Source: a virus
Reading direction: 5' to 3' (one strand)
DNA: 64,000 nt
IMG/VR virus record: IMGVR_UViG_3300027631_000002
Coordinates: 115,627 to 179,626 of that record
Position numbers and translations under genes: made by a program
In this document: positions 29,230 to 39,524 of the stretch, in pieces
Numbering within the stretch: the first letter of the stretch is position 1
Layout: each line of letters opens with the position of its first letter
The notes under the pieces: generated by a model
Told to the model about the DNA's origin: nothing
Database searches by the model: none
The model's input: only the letters and a program-made list of their open reading frames with translations

Positions 29230-29970
29230 TTATTCAAATTGTTTATCATAAGCATATCTTTTAAGTTTCATTACTTTTTCAATATACCCATTGCGCCTTA
29301 ATAACTTAAAGACTAAGTTTCCTAATGAAAGTTCACCACCTTCACTTTCTAATCCACTTTTTCTATAGTTTTTTATCTTCTCCCAAACCGTTTTAATCTT
29401 TTCACTAAATTGTTCGTATTTATCTTGATCTACTTCATCTTCTAAATCATCAACCATCATCATTACAGACTTACCTTTCTCTCTAATTTCTTTATCATCT
29501 GGTTCAAAATCAATTTTCTCTGGTTTTACAATCCATTTATTATTGAGTAATGAAAACATACCAGATGCTTTATGATCTTCTGAAACCTCTTGTATATAAA
29601 CTTCTACTTCATAACCTTTTATTTTTATGTCATGATCTTTATTGAAATTATTCTTTGCCGCATCTACATATTTTTTAACTAATTCAATATCTTCACTTAC
29701 ATCATTAAAGTTTATTAAGATATGTAAATCATAGTCAGAGTATTTTTCTGACCAATTATAGTTTGATAATGAACCTGTTAGAATAACATCTTTAACGTCT
29801 ACTTTTAAATCAGTAGAATTATAAAAGTCTTGTGCAATTCTTAGTAAATCTTCTCTAACTTCTTGATCAAGTTCAAAATCTGTCCATAGTTTAGGATTCA
29901 ACTCATCTTTTAAGTTAAATGATTTTACTGGTTCAAAATCAGCTTGTACAAATTCAAAATATTTCTTCAT
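29230..29970 (-). CDS. Pol-beta-superfamily nucleotidyltransferase
   Basis: ILTGSLSNYNWSEKYSDYDLHI (GS..DxD) and a later EVYIQ strand. Confidence 0.75.
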   Translation of the reverse strand: MKKYFEFVQADFEPVKSFNLKDELNPKLWTDFELDQEVREDLLRIAQDFYNSTDLKVDVKDVILTGSLSNYNWSEKYSDYDLHILINFNDVSEDIELVKKYVDAAKNNFNKDHDIKIKGYEVEVYIQEVSEDHKASGMFSLLNNKWIVKPEKIDFEPDDKEIREKGKSVMMMVDDLEDEVDQDKYEQFSEKIKTVWEKIKNYRKSGLESEGGELSLGNLVFKLLRRNGYIEKVMKLKRYAYDKQFE

Positions 29971-30010
29971 CTATTGTTTATAATTTTTGTATTTGATTTT
30001 TTTTATTTAG

Positions 30011-33000
30011 TTAAGTTGTTATGTTTACATTTCTTAATATTGCAGTGTCAGTTATATTTGTTAACTGAACAGATATAAATAAATAATTAATTACTGTGGT
30101 ATTAAAAGATATTGATAAAGCAGCATTAGTATTTGAACCTTCACCTGTAGCGTTTGAAATGGTCCCTGGAAAACCAAACAATTGTCCAGATTGTATTGAA
30201 AACTTTCTTGACATTTGAGCAAATAGATCAGCACCTCCTGCTCCAAAAGCAAAATTTGCTATTCTTGTAGCTGTATTAAAATCATTGGCACTATTATGCC
30301 AAACTCTTATTTGAAAACCAGCTAAAGCAGGTCCAGACTGTTGAACCATTATACTTCTAAGATTCAAATAATCACTTAATGAGTTTGCTGGTATTGTTAT
30401 TGTTAGTAAGCTAGTAGTTGTTAAAGTTCCTGTGTGAGTTAAACTTCCACCAAAATTATATTTATACGCAGTAGTAACTGATCCATCCGCCATCAAATAT
30501 TCAGATGAAGTTCCACCACTTTTTACAAAAGAAGATCCGGTCACTTTACCAGCTGATGTTACAGAAAAAGTAGTCACATCACTAGTATTTCTACCATCAA
30601 TCAGTGTAGTTGAAGATAAACCTAATAATTTCAGTACAGGATTTGTAGTTGAATTATTATTAAAATATCCACTAATACCATTAGCAGCACCACCACTAAT
30701 AGCTGTTGCATTAGTTGTTCCATTATACGCAGATAATGTATCTAAAGATGATGATTGTGAAAAAGATGCTCTAGTTCCACTTAATGGACCTGTTAATGCT
30801 CCTCCTGAAAGAGGCAATCCTGAAAAACTTGGTCCTAATGATACACTACCATCAGCCATCAAATATTGAGATGATGATCCACCATTTTTTACAAAAGAAT
30901 TTCCATTTATTGTACCTTTAAGATATGTTTTTGTAATACTATCATTACCTAAAGTAACTGAGTTTGAACCATTGCCTATTGCTGTTGCACCGATAACTAT
31001 TTCATTAAAACTATTATTATACAATGGTCTTGAATCATATCCAATAAATATAGAATAAGTTGCTGCAGTTAAAAATGAAGTATCAAATATTGAAAATGTT
31101 GTACCAAAATATTTACCTGAATTACCACCAATCGCTATATTAAATGAACATAAGTTATATTGTAGAGAAAATACTCCAAATGCAGAATTACCTGAACCTG
31201 ATGAATTCTGAGATAGTGATGAGACACCAATTGCTGTATTATTTCCACCAATTGTATTGCTAGATAATACACTATAACCAAGTCCAGAGTTCTGATCACC
31301 ACTACTATTTGATGATAATGTATTAAATCCAAATGCAGAATTGGCATTAGCGTAATTTTGTCTTAATGTATTATATCCAAATGCTGAATTCCAACCATTC
31401 GTTATATTTGCCTCTAAGGAATAATTTCCAAATGCGGTATTATACTCACCGGTTGTATTAGACTTCAATGCGTTATATCCAAATTTTAAATTAAGAAGAT
31501 TTCCGTTATATATCGAATTATAGTTATCAACAACTAATGATACAGTACCACCAGAAGATGAAATAACAAATCTACCATTATCCGCAGTGCCCGAACCTAT
31601 ATTTATTGATCCAGTTCTGTAAATATCAGATGTTGTATCATATGAAGATGTTGTTCCACCTTGTATATAAAATGATGATGTTACACCTGCTCCTGTTGCT
31701 CCTGTTGCTCCTGGTGAACCTGTTGCTCCTGGTGAACCTGTTGCTCCTGGTGAACCTGTTGCTCCTGTTGCTCCTTGACTCACTGTACCGCTAACCGATG
31801 TTGGTAAAACCCACTCAAATGAACTTCCATTTGTAGAAAGTAAATAACTTGCTGTTGCTGTATTTATCGAATTTATATGTGACGGTGTTAAACTATTATT
31901 TAAAACTATTGCGGAAACAGAAGGACCATTTATAGTCATCACTGATGATAACTGAATAGTATCTGTTGTATTAAAAATAGGAGTGTTAAACAAGTCAACT
32001 AAAATCAACTCACCTGATCCATTATTATTAAAAGCACCACCATTTACAAGATTTACTGAACCATTTGCCACAACTACATGACCATAGTTTTGCATTACAC
32101 CTCCGTCTATTGTTAAATCACCATAAACCCAATATTGTTCATATTCTTGAACAGTAACAATCTCACCTGGTCCAATATAATACTCGATGTTATAACTATC
32201 TGATGGAAATGGCTTAGTCATTTGAAAGTAAGTTCCATTATATGTTAAACTATAAATACCATTTGTTATAATATCACTTATTATAAGATCTCTTACTCCA
32301 TTTTTAGTTGCAATTTTAATATTTCTATATCCTAATCCATTTATATTGATTGATGCAGTACCAGTATTAGCAGTATTAAATTTAGTTAAAAATATTAAGT
32401 CTCTACTATATGCGTTAAATATTGGATCTGTACTTACTGAGTAAGTTAAACCACCTATTGACGTTGGTTCAATATAAAAAACTTGTGTTGTCTTCTCTTG
32501 TTTCCAGATTCCAGTAGGATAAATACCTTCATATTTATAAATTGAATTATCATCATTATCAACTCTAACAGTCATTCCATTAGTTGGAATAGTAGGCTTC
32601 CATGTACCTATGTTACTATACTCTACAATTATTGTTCCGTATGAATAATTTTGCCAATTTGTACCTGATGGTAGTAAATTTGGTATAGTTCCTAGTAAGT
32701 ATCGATCTCCTGTATTAGGTACTAATGTTGGTTCAGTGCTTGAAATAGAAATTACTGAATCAACCCACTCAGTTGATGCATTATCGCCTAAATTGAGTTT
32801 TATCCAATTTGAGTCATCTGATATATCAAACACATTATTATTAGTATTACCATATTTAAGTTGATATGTGCCGTTAAGACCAGGAACAGGATCATTGTAA
32901 ACAGTTACTAACATTCCCCACTCTCTTCTTGCTTCTATTATGTCAATCATCTCATCATATGTTTCATAACCGTGAGAGCCACCTTTTATTTCATTAGCAA

Positions 33001-33073
33001 ATGCTGAAGCAAATTGATCTAATGAATCATTTGGACGAATTGCGGATGATACTAAAGTTCCTGAATTTTGCAT
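30011..33073 (-). CDS. Fibre/receptor-binding protein with collagen-like and Gly/Asn/Ser beta-helical repeats
   Basis: GATGSP repeats; NTAFGxxSL repeats; duplicated FVKxGGxSSxYLMADGSV. Confidence 0.7.
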   Translation of the reverse strand: MQNSGTLVSSAIRPNDSLDQFASAFANEIKGGSHGYETYDEMIDIIEARREWGMLVTVYNDPVPGLNGTYQLKYGNTNNNVFDISDDSNWIKLNLGDNASTEWVDSVISISSTEPTLVPNTGDRYLLGTIPNLLPSGTNWQNYSYGTIIVEYSNIGTWKPTIPTNGMTVRVDNDDNSIYKYEGIYPTGIWKQEKTTQVFYIEPTSIGGLTYSVSTDPIFNAYSRDLIFLTKFNTANTGTASININGLGYRNIKIATKNGVRDLIISDIITNGIYSLTYNGTYFQMTKPFPSDSYNIEYYIGPGEIVTVQEYEQYWVYGDLTIDGGVMQNYGHVVVANGSVNLVNGGAFNNNGSGELILVDLFNTPIFNTTDTIQLSSVMTINGPSVSAIVLNNSLTPSHINSINTATASYLLSTNGSSFEWVLPTSVSGTVSQGATGATGSPGATGSPGATGSPGATGATGAGVTSSFYIQGGTTSSYDTTSDIYRTGSINIGSGTADNGRFVISSSGGTVSLVVDNYNSIYNGNLLNLKFGYNALKSNTTGEYNTAFGNYSLEANITNGWNSAFGYNTLRQNYANANSAFGFNTLSSNSSGDQNSGLGYSVLSSNTIGGNNTAIGVSSLSQNSSGSGNSAFGVFSLQYNLCSFNIAIGGNSGKYFGTTFSIFDTSFLTAATYSIFIGYDSRPLYNNSFNEIVIGATAIGNGSNSVTLGNDSITKTYLKGTINGNSFVKNGGSSSQYLMADGSVSLGPSFSGLPLSGGALTGPLSGTRASFSQSSSLDTLSAYNGTTNATAISGGAANGISGYFNNNSTTNPVLKLLGLSSTTLIDGRNTSDVTTFSVTSAGKVTGSSFVKSGGTSSEYLMADGSVTTAYKYNFGGSLTHTGTLTTTSLLTITIPANSLSDYLNLRSIMVQQSGPALAGFQIRVWHNSANDFNTATRIANFAFGAGGADLFAQMSRKFSIQSGQLFGFPGTISNATGEGSNTNAALSISFNTTVINYLFISVQLTNITDTAILRNVNITT
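31686..31775 (-). repeat. Collagen-like Gly-X-Y coding repeat (GAT/GSP)
   Basis: 9-nt and 18-nt units (cctgttgct, cctggtgaa on the + strand). Confidence 0.9.
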
Positions 33074-33090
33074 TTATATTATATATTTTT

Positions 33091-34110
33091 TTAACTTATT
33101 ATTACTGGATTCAATGGTGAATTCTGTGCAGTATTTGATATCCAAACTTCATAGTTTGTTGTAATATTATATGTGTTTATAAAACTAAAACCAGTTAGAA
33201 GTCTACTAAAACCCGTACTTGTAAGTCCATTTACTGAAAATGCAGGTGTTATTGCATTTGGAACAGAACTTGGCCAAGCAAATAATAGATATCCACCCGC
33301 ACCATTTATATTAGGATAACTTTTATTCTTTACCTTAGCTAACAAATTACCTGGAGAAACACCTGCTCCGGTCAATCCTCGAATTAGTAAACTTCCACTA
33401 CTAGAATTAGGGAAAAAATTTGATACTATTGTTGCTATACGTGCACTACGTGTATTAGGATCTGATAAGTCTGGATTTAATATTGATGTAAGATTTAATC
33501 TTCCCCAATATATTTTATTCATCCACTCGTATGATGTCGTTGTTGTCATTGTTGATCCATCACTAACTGTCATTGTAAAAGTATTTAGAGTAGAAACTGC
33601 AGGTGTACTCCATGTTCCTGTTACTATTTGCGTTCCACTTTGATCACCACCATTTACTGGAAATATTATTTGACCATCAACATTAATTGATGTAATTGTA
33701 TTAGATTTTTTAATAACACTCCAATTTATTACTGAATTTAGAGGTGCTCCATATTCTTTATTACCTATACTAGATAAACTTAATATTGGTGCAGCATATG
33801 GATATAAAAGAGCATCAAACATTTGTTGTATCGTTTGTGGGGTAGAGAATGTTGTTCCTTCTGCAATACCACCAACTCCAATAGTTGTGGGATTTGGATT
33901 TTGAAAATATGGCGAAGCTAATGACGCAGATGCTACAGTTATTTCAATATCACTCATTCTCTCCCATAGAGTAAAGACAGCGTCTCTTACATCCTTTGCA
34001 AAAATAAGATTCGCATTATTATCCTTTATTTGATCTAATAAATTCTGTACGGTTGACCAACGGTTAGATTCGTAATTACTCGCAGTACCATATTTGTATA
34101 AAAATGACAT
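33091..34110 (-). CDS. Probable virion structural protein
   Basis: S/T/G-rich beta-type sequence, co-oriented with the fibre gene. Confidence 0.55.
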   Translation of the reverse strand: MSFLYKYGTASNYESNRWSTVQNLLDQIKDNNANLIFAKDVRDAVFTLWERMSDIEITVASASLASPYFQNPNPTTIGVGGIAEGTTFSTPQTIQQMFDALLYPYAAPILSLSSIGNKEYGAPLNSVINWSVIKKSNTITSINVDGQIIFPVNGGDQSGTQIVTGTWSTPAVSTLNTFTMTVSDGSTMTTTTSYEWMNKIYWGRLNLTSILNPDLSDPNTRSARIATIVSNFFPNSSSGSLLIRGLTGAGVSPGNLLAKVKNKSYPNINGAGGYLLFAWPSSVPNAITPAFSVNGLTSTGFSRLLTGFSFINTYNITTNYEVWISNTAQNSPLNPVIIS

Positions 34111-34189
34111 ATATAATTAATGTTTTTATGTATATATTAAAATATTATTTTCATAATAATAAAAAAAGAGAGTTTAACTCTCTTTTTAT

Positions 34190-34912
34190 TTATTGTTTCT
34201 TAATCCAAAGATAATAATCATCCGTTTTCTCAAAATCAAACTTTGTATAGTTCATCTCAAGAGAATCATTTATTAAATCAGTTATCAGATTATCAGTCAA
34301 CTTAGATTCAATATCTGTATTAAATTTATCTTTATCTATAATTGTATTTAGTTTTAAAGATACTTCCCCAATTAAATCAATTTGTTGTTTAAGAAGCTCT
34401 TCATATAGATACTCCTTTATATTTTCCTTAATAATATCAAACTCATCTTTATTATAAACAATTACTAATAGATCTTCATTTTCCCAATTACTAATTTTAA
34501 ACATATGTTTATCTGTATCAACTATATCTATTTGACTTAAATTTGCATCAAAATGATCTGCTAAAAACTTCTCTGCTTTAATATCAGTCTTACCAATACC
34601 TTTATAAAGACATTGAATAATTGAAGTAATTTTAAATTCATCGGATTCAAATACTTTAAATCTTTCAAATGTTAAAACTCCATCTGACTCCATGTGAACT
34701 CTATCTTCAATAACATCATTTATAACCTGTTTAATACCATTTATATCTTTTAAACCATTTCTATCTATAAACTTTTCAAATTTATCAGAACCATTCTTTA
34801 AATATCTTTTTAAATTAGTAGGTTTAATCTTCCACTTATCAATATACTCATCAACTAGTTTATTTACTACTTGATAATATTTATTTGCATCCTCTCTACT
34901 GTTTATTGACAT
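34190..34912 (-). CDS. Hypothetical protein
   Basis: 240-aa ORF downstream of a minus-strand TAATATATA. Confidence 0.7.
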   Translation of the reverse strand: MSINSREDANKYYQVVNKLVDEYIDKWKIKPTNLKRYLKNGSDKFEKFIDRNGLKDINGIKQVINDVIEDRVHMESDGVLTFERFKVFESDEFKITSIIQCLYKGIGKTDIKAEKFLADHFDANLSQIDIVDTDKHMFKISNWENEDLLVIVYNKDEFDIIKENIKEYLYEELLKQQIDLIGEVSLKLNTIIDKDKFNTDIESKLTDNLITDLINDSLEMNYTKFDFEKTDDYYLWIKKQ

Positions 34913-35029
34913 TATTTAATTGTGTTTTTTATTAGAACTATATATTAAAAAAATATTTTCACTTTTTATTAAACAAAAGATAAGTTTCATGATATATAAT
35001 CATGTAAAAAAATTAAAAAACAAAAAACC

Positions 35030-35215
35030 ATGAAAAAAGTATTATTCGCTGTAATGGCAATCGCTGCAATTTCTTTAACATCTTGCAAAAAAACTGAAAC
35101 TGTAGATGCTACAACAACTGTTGATTCAACTGCTGTTGATACTACTAAAGTTGATACAACTGCTGTAGATTCAACAACTGTTGACACTACTAAAACTACT
35201 GAGGTAGCTAAGTAA
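35030..35215 (+). CDS. Small lipoprotein with Thr/Asp-rich repeats
   Basis: Signal peptide MKKVLFAVMAIAAISLTS-C (lipobox LTSC), then VD(S/T)T repeats; a terminator follows. Confidence 0.8.
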   Translation: MKKVLFAVMAIAAISLTSCKKTETVDATTTVDSTAVDTTKVDTTAVDSTTVDTTKTTEVAK

Positions 35216-35324
35216 TCAAAAAAAACACTGACAATTTTTCAATCATTTTGTTTGATGTGAAAAAAGAGAAACAGAAATGTTTCTCTTTTTTGTTTTTAGG
35301 AATTATGTATTTAATATATAGTTT

Positions 35325-36230
35325 ATGAATTTAAAACAACTTAGAGACTTTTATAATAATAAACCTGTAGAATTTGTAGTTAAAGAACACTACAACTTAA
35401 TAGAAGATAATGAATACATACCTAGATTTTCTTTAAAAAATGTTAAGGATATTGCAAATATTCCAATTAACCAACCAATCAAGTATTCCGATCAAGTAAT
35501 GACTAAAGCCATTAAGTATGGTATGATGTTTTTATTAAACTACAAAGGAGAAAAAGATAAACACTTTGCTGGTCACGAGAGAGTTATATACCCTATGGTA
35601 CTTGGACGTTCATCTCAAGGTAAGATGTTATTGAGAGGTTGGCACTTAAATGGATGGTCAGTATCTCAAAGAAGACACATAAATAAGATCTGGAGACTCT
35701 TTAGAACAGATAGGATACTTTCTATGACTTTTACTGGATCGTTCTATAGATTGCCTCCTGCCGGTTATAATATGAATGATAAAGGTATGAGAGGTGGTAT
35801 TGTTGTTAGAGCAGATTTCAATGAAATTAGAAGAAATCAACAAGCACTTGTAAATCAAAACAAAATTCAAAACAGAGAAGAAGTTACTATTGGTGAAAAA
35901 GATAAAACTTTTGCATCTATACAAGTTAAGGAAACAGAAGAATCTAAATTAGACTTAATGAAACCATTTGAAAATGTTTATGTAAATAACAATAAAGATA
36001 TGGCGGGTTTAAGAATATCATTCTTAAAAAGTATTTATGGTAATAAGTATATTGCAGTATTGGGTGCGTTAGGACAACCAGGTAACACTGTTAGAGTTTT
36101 AACCGATAAACAAGTAAATTTAGGAGTTTTTAAAGTACTTGATTCTATTACAGGAGATGTTTTAAAGAGTATTAAGAATGTGAAAGGTAATGCTTTATAC
36201 GATTTATATTTATTTGATAAAAAACTTTAA
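35325..36230 (+). CDS. WYL-domain-like protein
   Basis: ERVIYPMVLG..LLRGW..IWRLFRTDRI. Confidence 0.6.
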   Translation: MNLKQLRDFYNNKPVEFVVKEHYNLIEDNEYIPRFSLKNVKDIANIPINQPIKYSDQVMTKAIKYGMMFLLNYKGEKDKHFAGHERVIYPMVLGRSSQGKMLLRGWHLNGWSVSQRRHINKIWRLFRTDRILSMTFTGSFYRLPPAGYNMNDKGMRGGIVVRADFNEIRRNQQALVNQNKIQNREEVTIGEKDKTFASIQVKETEESKLDLMKPFENVYVNNNKDMAGLRISFLKSIYGNKYIAVLGALGQPGNTVRVLTDKQVNLGVFKVLDSITGDVLKSIKNVKGNALYDLYLFDKKL

Positions 36231-36260
36231 TATATAGTATATAAAAAATAGTTAAAGATC

Positions 36261-36911
36261 ATGATTAAGAAATTTGAAAATTTTGATAGTGAAGAATGTT
36301 GTGCATCTTGTCAAGAACCAGTTGAACACTGTATGTGTTATGGTGAAAAGGATGAGCAAACGGATGAACTAACTGATGAGAAATCAGAAGAATTTAATGA
36401 GAAGAAAAATTGGATCAAAGATGCAATCAAACATCCAGGTGCATTAAGAAAATCATTAGGAAAAAAAGATGATGAAAAAATTTCTAAAAAAGAGATCTCA
36501 TCAGAACTTTCTAAATTAAAGGCTAAGGATAAAGATAAGAATAAACCAGGTACTCAATTAGATAAAAAAGATGCTACTAAAAAAAGAAGATTAGAGTTAG
36601 CAAAAACTTTAAGTAAACTTAAAGCAATTAAAGAAAATCACGAAGAAGAAAATTATATGTTTTTTAGTAATTTAGAAACTATCAAAAGATTAGTGGATGA
36701 GTTATTACAGATGGATAGAGCAGAAATTGATACAATGTTAAAAGAGCATGACTGGGCGTCAGATCACATTACATCTTCTAAAGATGATATTGAAGAAGTA
36801 TTTGACTTTATAGCGGGTAATGAAAATCCTGATGACGCAAAATCTCTTGATAATCTATTTGGTGATCCATTATCACATATTGATAGTTTTATATCACATA
36901 CAAAAAAATAA
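36261..36911 (+). CDS. Tagged hypothetical protein (MIKKFENF) with basic middle and acidic ends
   Basis: ORF after TAATATATA; contains KNWIKDAIKHPGALRKSLG. Confidence 0.7.
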   Translation: MIKKFENFDSEECCASCQEPVEHCMCYGEKDEQTDELTDEKSEEFNEKKNWIKDAIKHPGALRKSLGKKDDEKISKKEISSELSKLKAKDKDKNKPGTQLDKKDATKKRRLELAKTLSKLKAIKENHEEENYMFFSNLETIKRLVDELLQMDRAEIDTMLKEHDWASDHITSSKDDIEEVFDFIAGNENPDDAKSLDNLFGDPLSHIDSFISHTKK

Positions 36912-37017
36912 AAAAACCCTCACTTAGTGAGGGTTTTTCTTTTAAACTAACATGTTAGTATTTCATATAAGTTAAGTTTAACTCCTTAATTAGGAATTAA
37001 AAAATAATAGCCTATGA

Positions 37018-37428
37018 ATGAACGAATTAGATCTTTTTTTAACACATCTTTTTAGTAATATTGAAAATGAAGATATTATCTTATCAAAAAAGATGAAGTA
37101 TGGTTATAGACATTACTACTTAAATGTCAATGTAGAAAAAGAAGATAAAGAAGATAAAAATTCAATCAATAACTCTGGTATTTATTTATCTGGTGGTGGA
37201 GACTTTTGTATCACAATTGATAATCGAAACAAATGTATTGATATATTTTCTAATTTTGATAATATTGTTGTTGAGGATAAAGATTTAGTAGATAAATGGA
37301 CTGAAATATTTGAAGAGTATATTCAAACAAGTCTTGAAAAGGAAGTTGGAAATTTAATAAATAATGTATTCTCAAACTCAACACAAAGGAATTTATTGAG
37401 AGATTATAAATTAAAAAAAATTATTTAA
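37018..37428 (+). CDS. Hypothetical protein
   Basis: ORF downstream of an AAAC-N18-TATAAG motif; ends LRDYKLKKII. Confidence 0.7.
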   Translation: MNELDLFLTHLFSNIENEDIILSKKMKYGYRHYYLNVNVEKEDKEDKNSINNSGIYLSGGGDFCITIDNRNKCIDIFSNFDNIVVEDKDLVDKWTEIFEEYIQTSLEKEVGNLINNVFSNSTQRNLLRDYKLKKII

Positions 37429-37429
37429 T

Positions 37430-37924
37430 ATGAACTTATTTACTCAAGACGAAATAGATAGAATTACAAAAGCTAAGGAAACTAATGATAAACTAGAAGA
37501 ATACTTTAATGATAAAAGAGTAGACTGGACTAAAAATGTTGATCCTTTATTCAAATCATTGTCATTAGACTTAACAAATCCAGCCAATTCTAAGACTATA
37601 TTAGATACACAAGCTATCGCACTATCATATAGACAAATGTTAAATGAACAAATCAACTTCTTTTTAAATAAACGAAGTAGGGAAATGACCAAGATTAAAA
37701 AATTAAAACAAGATAAATTTGTGTTTTATGCTACTGGATTCGGTATAAAAACAAATATGGGAGAAAAAGGTATTTTGATTGATGGTCATTTAGCAGAAAA
37801 TGATAGGGCAATGGAAATCATCGAAGCTTATATCTCTTATATGAGAGATACTGTTAAAAATCTTGAATCATTAGGATTTGCAGTTAAGAATATGATTGAG
37901 TTGATGAACTATCTAGGAAAATAA
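37430..37924 (+). CDS. Helical hypothetical protein (possibly UvsY-like)
   Basis: Predicted all-helical; resemblance to a recombination mediator is weak. Confidence 0.4.
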   Translation: MNLFTQDEIDRITKAKETNDKLEEYFNDKRVDWTKNVDPLFKSLSLDLTNPANSKTILDTQAIALSYRQMLNEQINFFLNKRSREMTKIKKLKQDKFVFYATGFGIKTNMGEKGILIDGHLAENDRAMEIIEAYISYMRDTVKNLESLGFAVKNMIELMNYLGK

Positions 37925-37935
37925 AAAAAGAGACA

Positions 37936-39027
37936 TTAAGTCTCTTTTTTGTCTTTATCACGTTCTCTTCCCTTTTCAACGTCTATTTCGATACCTGCTT
38001 GTTTTAAGACCATCACACCTTCAGAACATCCATAGCATAGATTTTTATTTTTTGACTTACCTTCACAGTCATCACATCTATCACGATCACCATCGGTGTC
38101 CCATAATCTATAACATTTCCAAGAAGGGATATTAGAAAGCTCATCTTTATCTTTATTTAAACAAAATAAAGTATCCATATAAGGATATTTAGGATGTTTA
38201 CCATCTATCTTAACAGATATTTCACCTAGTACTTCTTTACCATTATATTTAAACTTTACTGCATTAGAATCACCACAACTCATAGATTGTTTATATAACC
38301 AACCATTTTTTTCAGCATATCGTGTGAATTTATTTACTTCATAATCACGATTTGTATAAACTCTATCCATAAAGTATTCTGCGTCACAAGGAGATTTATC
38401 TAATTTCCAAACTAAAGCTCTACCACATATATTACCATCTTCGAGAAGAACTAGTAATCTAACTTTCTTTTCATTTTTAGTGTATATTTTAAGAAATGAT
38501 TGGTGTCCAGTCATACAAGAACTACCAAGTGTTCCTAAGTTTCTATCAAAATAGTTGCTATCGTTATAACCATTTTTTATTTGTTCTCCAACATAAAACT
38601 GAAAATCATCTTCTCCTTCATCAGCAATTGATTTATAAACATTTACAAAATCTTCTATTTGTTTATCAGTAATCTTAATATTATATAAATCTTTTGCTAT
38701 GTATTTTATAGCTCTACCAACTTTAACGTCAGTTCTTCCAGACATAATATAAGGATCTTTAATATCATCCTTTATTCTATTTGTTTGAATAAAAGATACC
38801 TTGTCTTTATCATCAGTTGTTTTAAAGAAATCTTGTTTTAAATCTATCTCAGAAATCCAGTCTTTATCATTAATTCTTGATAAAAGCATATCTGCAATTG
38901 TAGAGGAATTATTCGACTGTCTTGCGATTTTATATAATTTAGATAAGAAACTTGTATCTGCACTTAAAAATGCTTCTAGTATAAGTTTAGATTCATTTAT
39001 TAAAAATTGGTTGTACTTGCTAATCAT
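37936..39027 (-). CDS. Tagged hypothetical protein, paralog of 25603..26742
   Basis: MISKYNQFLINES; LGSSCM, GRALVW, MDRVY, PYMDT. Confidence 0.7.
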   Translation of the reverse strand: MISKYNQFLINESKLILEAFLSADTSFLSKLYKIARQSNNSSTIADMLLSRINDKDWISEIDLKQDFFKTTDDKDKVSFIQTNRIKDDIKDPYIMSGRTDVKVGRAIKYIAKDLYNIKITDKQIEDFVNVYKSIADEGEDDFQFYVGEQIKNGYNDSNYFDRNLGTLGSSCMTGHQSFLKIYTKNEKKVRLLVLLEDGNICGRALVWKLDKSPCDAEYFMDRVYTNRDYEVNKFTRYAEKNGWLYKQSMSCGDSNAVKFKYNGKEVLGEISVKIDGKHPKYPYMDTLFCLNKDKDELSNIPSWKCYRLWDTDGDRDRCDDCEGKSKNKNLCYGCSEGVMVLKQAGIEIDVEKGRERDKDKKET

Positions 39028-39476
39028 TATATTATTATAAATTTACCCTCGTCTTTATATTCGTGAAAATGTCTTAGTGAAAAAATAAATTTAGTTCCTA
39101 TTCTATTTGGTTTAGAAGACTCCAAGCATTCAAATTCCATTGCTATAGTTTCATCATAATCCCAACCAGAATCTCTTGCAAAATCACTCCAATAATTAAC
39201 AAATTCATAAACTTCATTTTTTAAGAAATATTCTTCACCGTGTCCCGCTACTTTGTGAGTAAATTTTGGTACTAATCTTCTGAATAAGGACGTTGATTTT
39301 ATAAATTTGATTTTATCACCAATTTTTAAATCTGCAACAGCAACTCTTTTTTTGGCTTCTTGTTCAGAGTTATATAACATACCATCATATTTTGATATTG
39401 GTACTTTCGTACCCTTCTCGGCACCATATAACCCACCTTTTGGTATAAAACCTTCATAATGTTTAATATATTTCAT
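39027..39476 (-). CDS. Tagged hypothetical protein (MKYIKHYEGF)
   Basis: TAATATATA lies 4 nt upstream on the minus strand. Confidence 0.7.
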   Translation of the reverse strand: MKYIKHYEGFIPKGGLYGAEKGTKVPISKYDGMLYNSEQEAKKRVAVADLKIGDKIKFIKSTSLFRRLVPKFTHKVAGHGEEYFLKNEVYEFVNYWSDFARDSGWDYDETIAMEFECLESSKPNRIGTKFIFSLRHFHEYKDEGKFIII

Positions 39477-39524
39477 AAACTATATATTAAATAAAAAACC
39501 CATCTTTTTGAGATGGGTTGTTTT

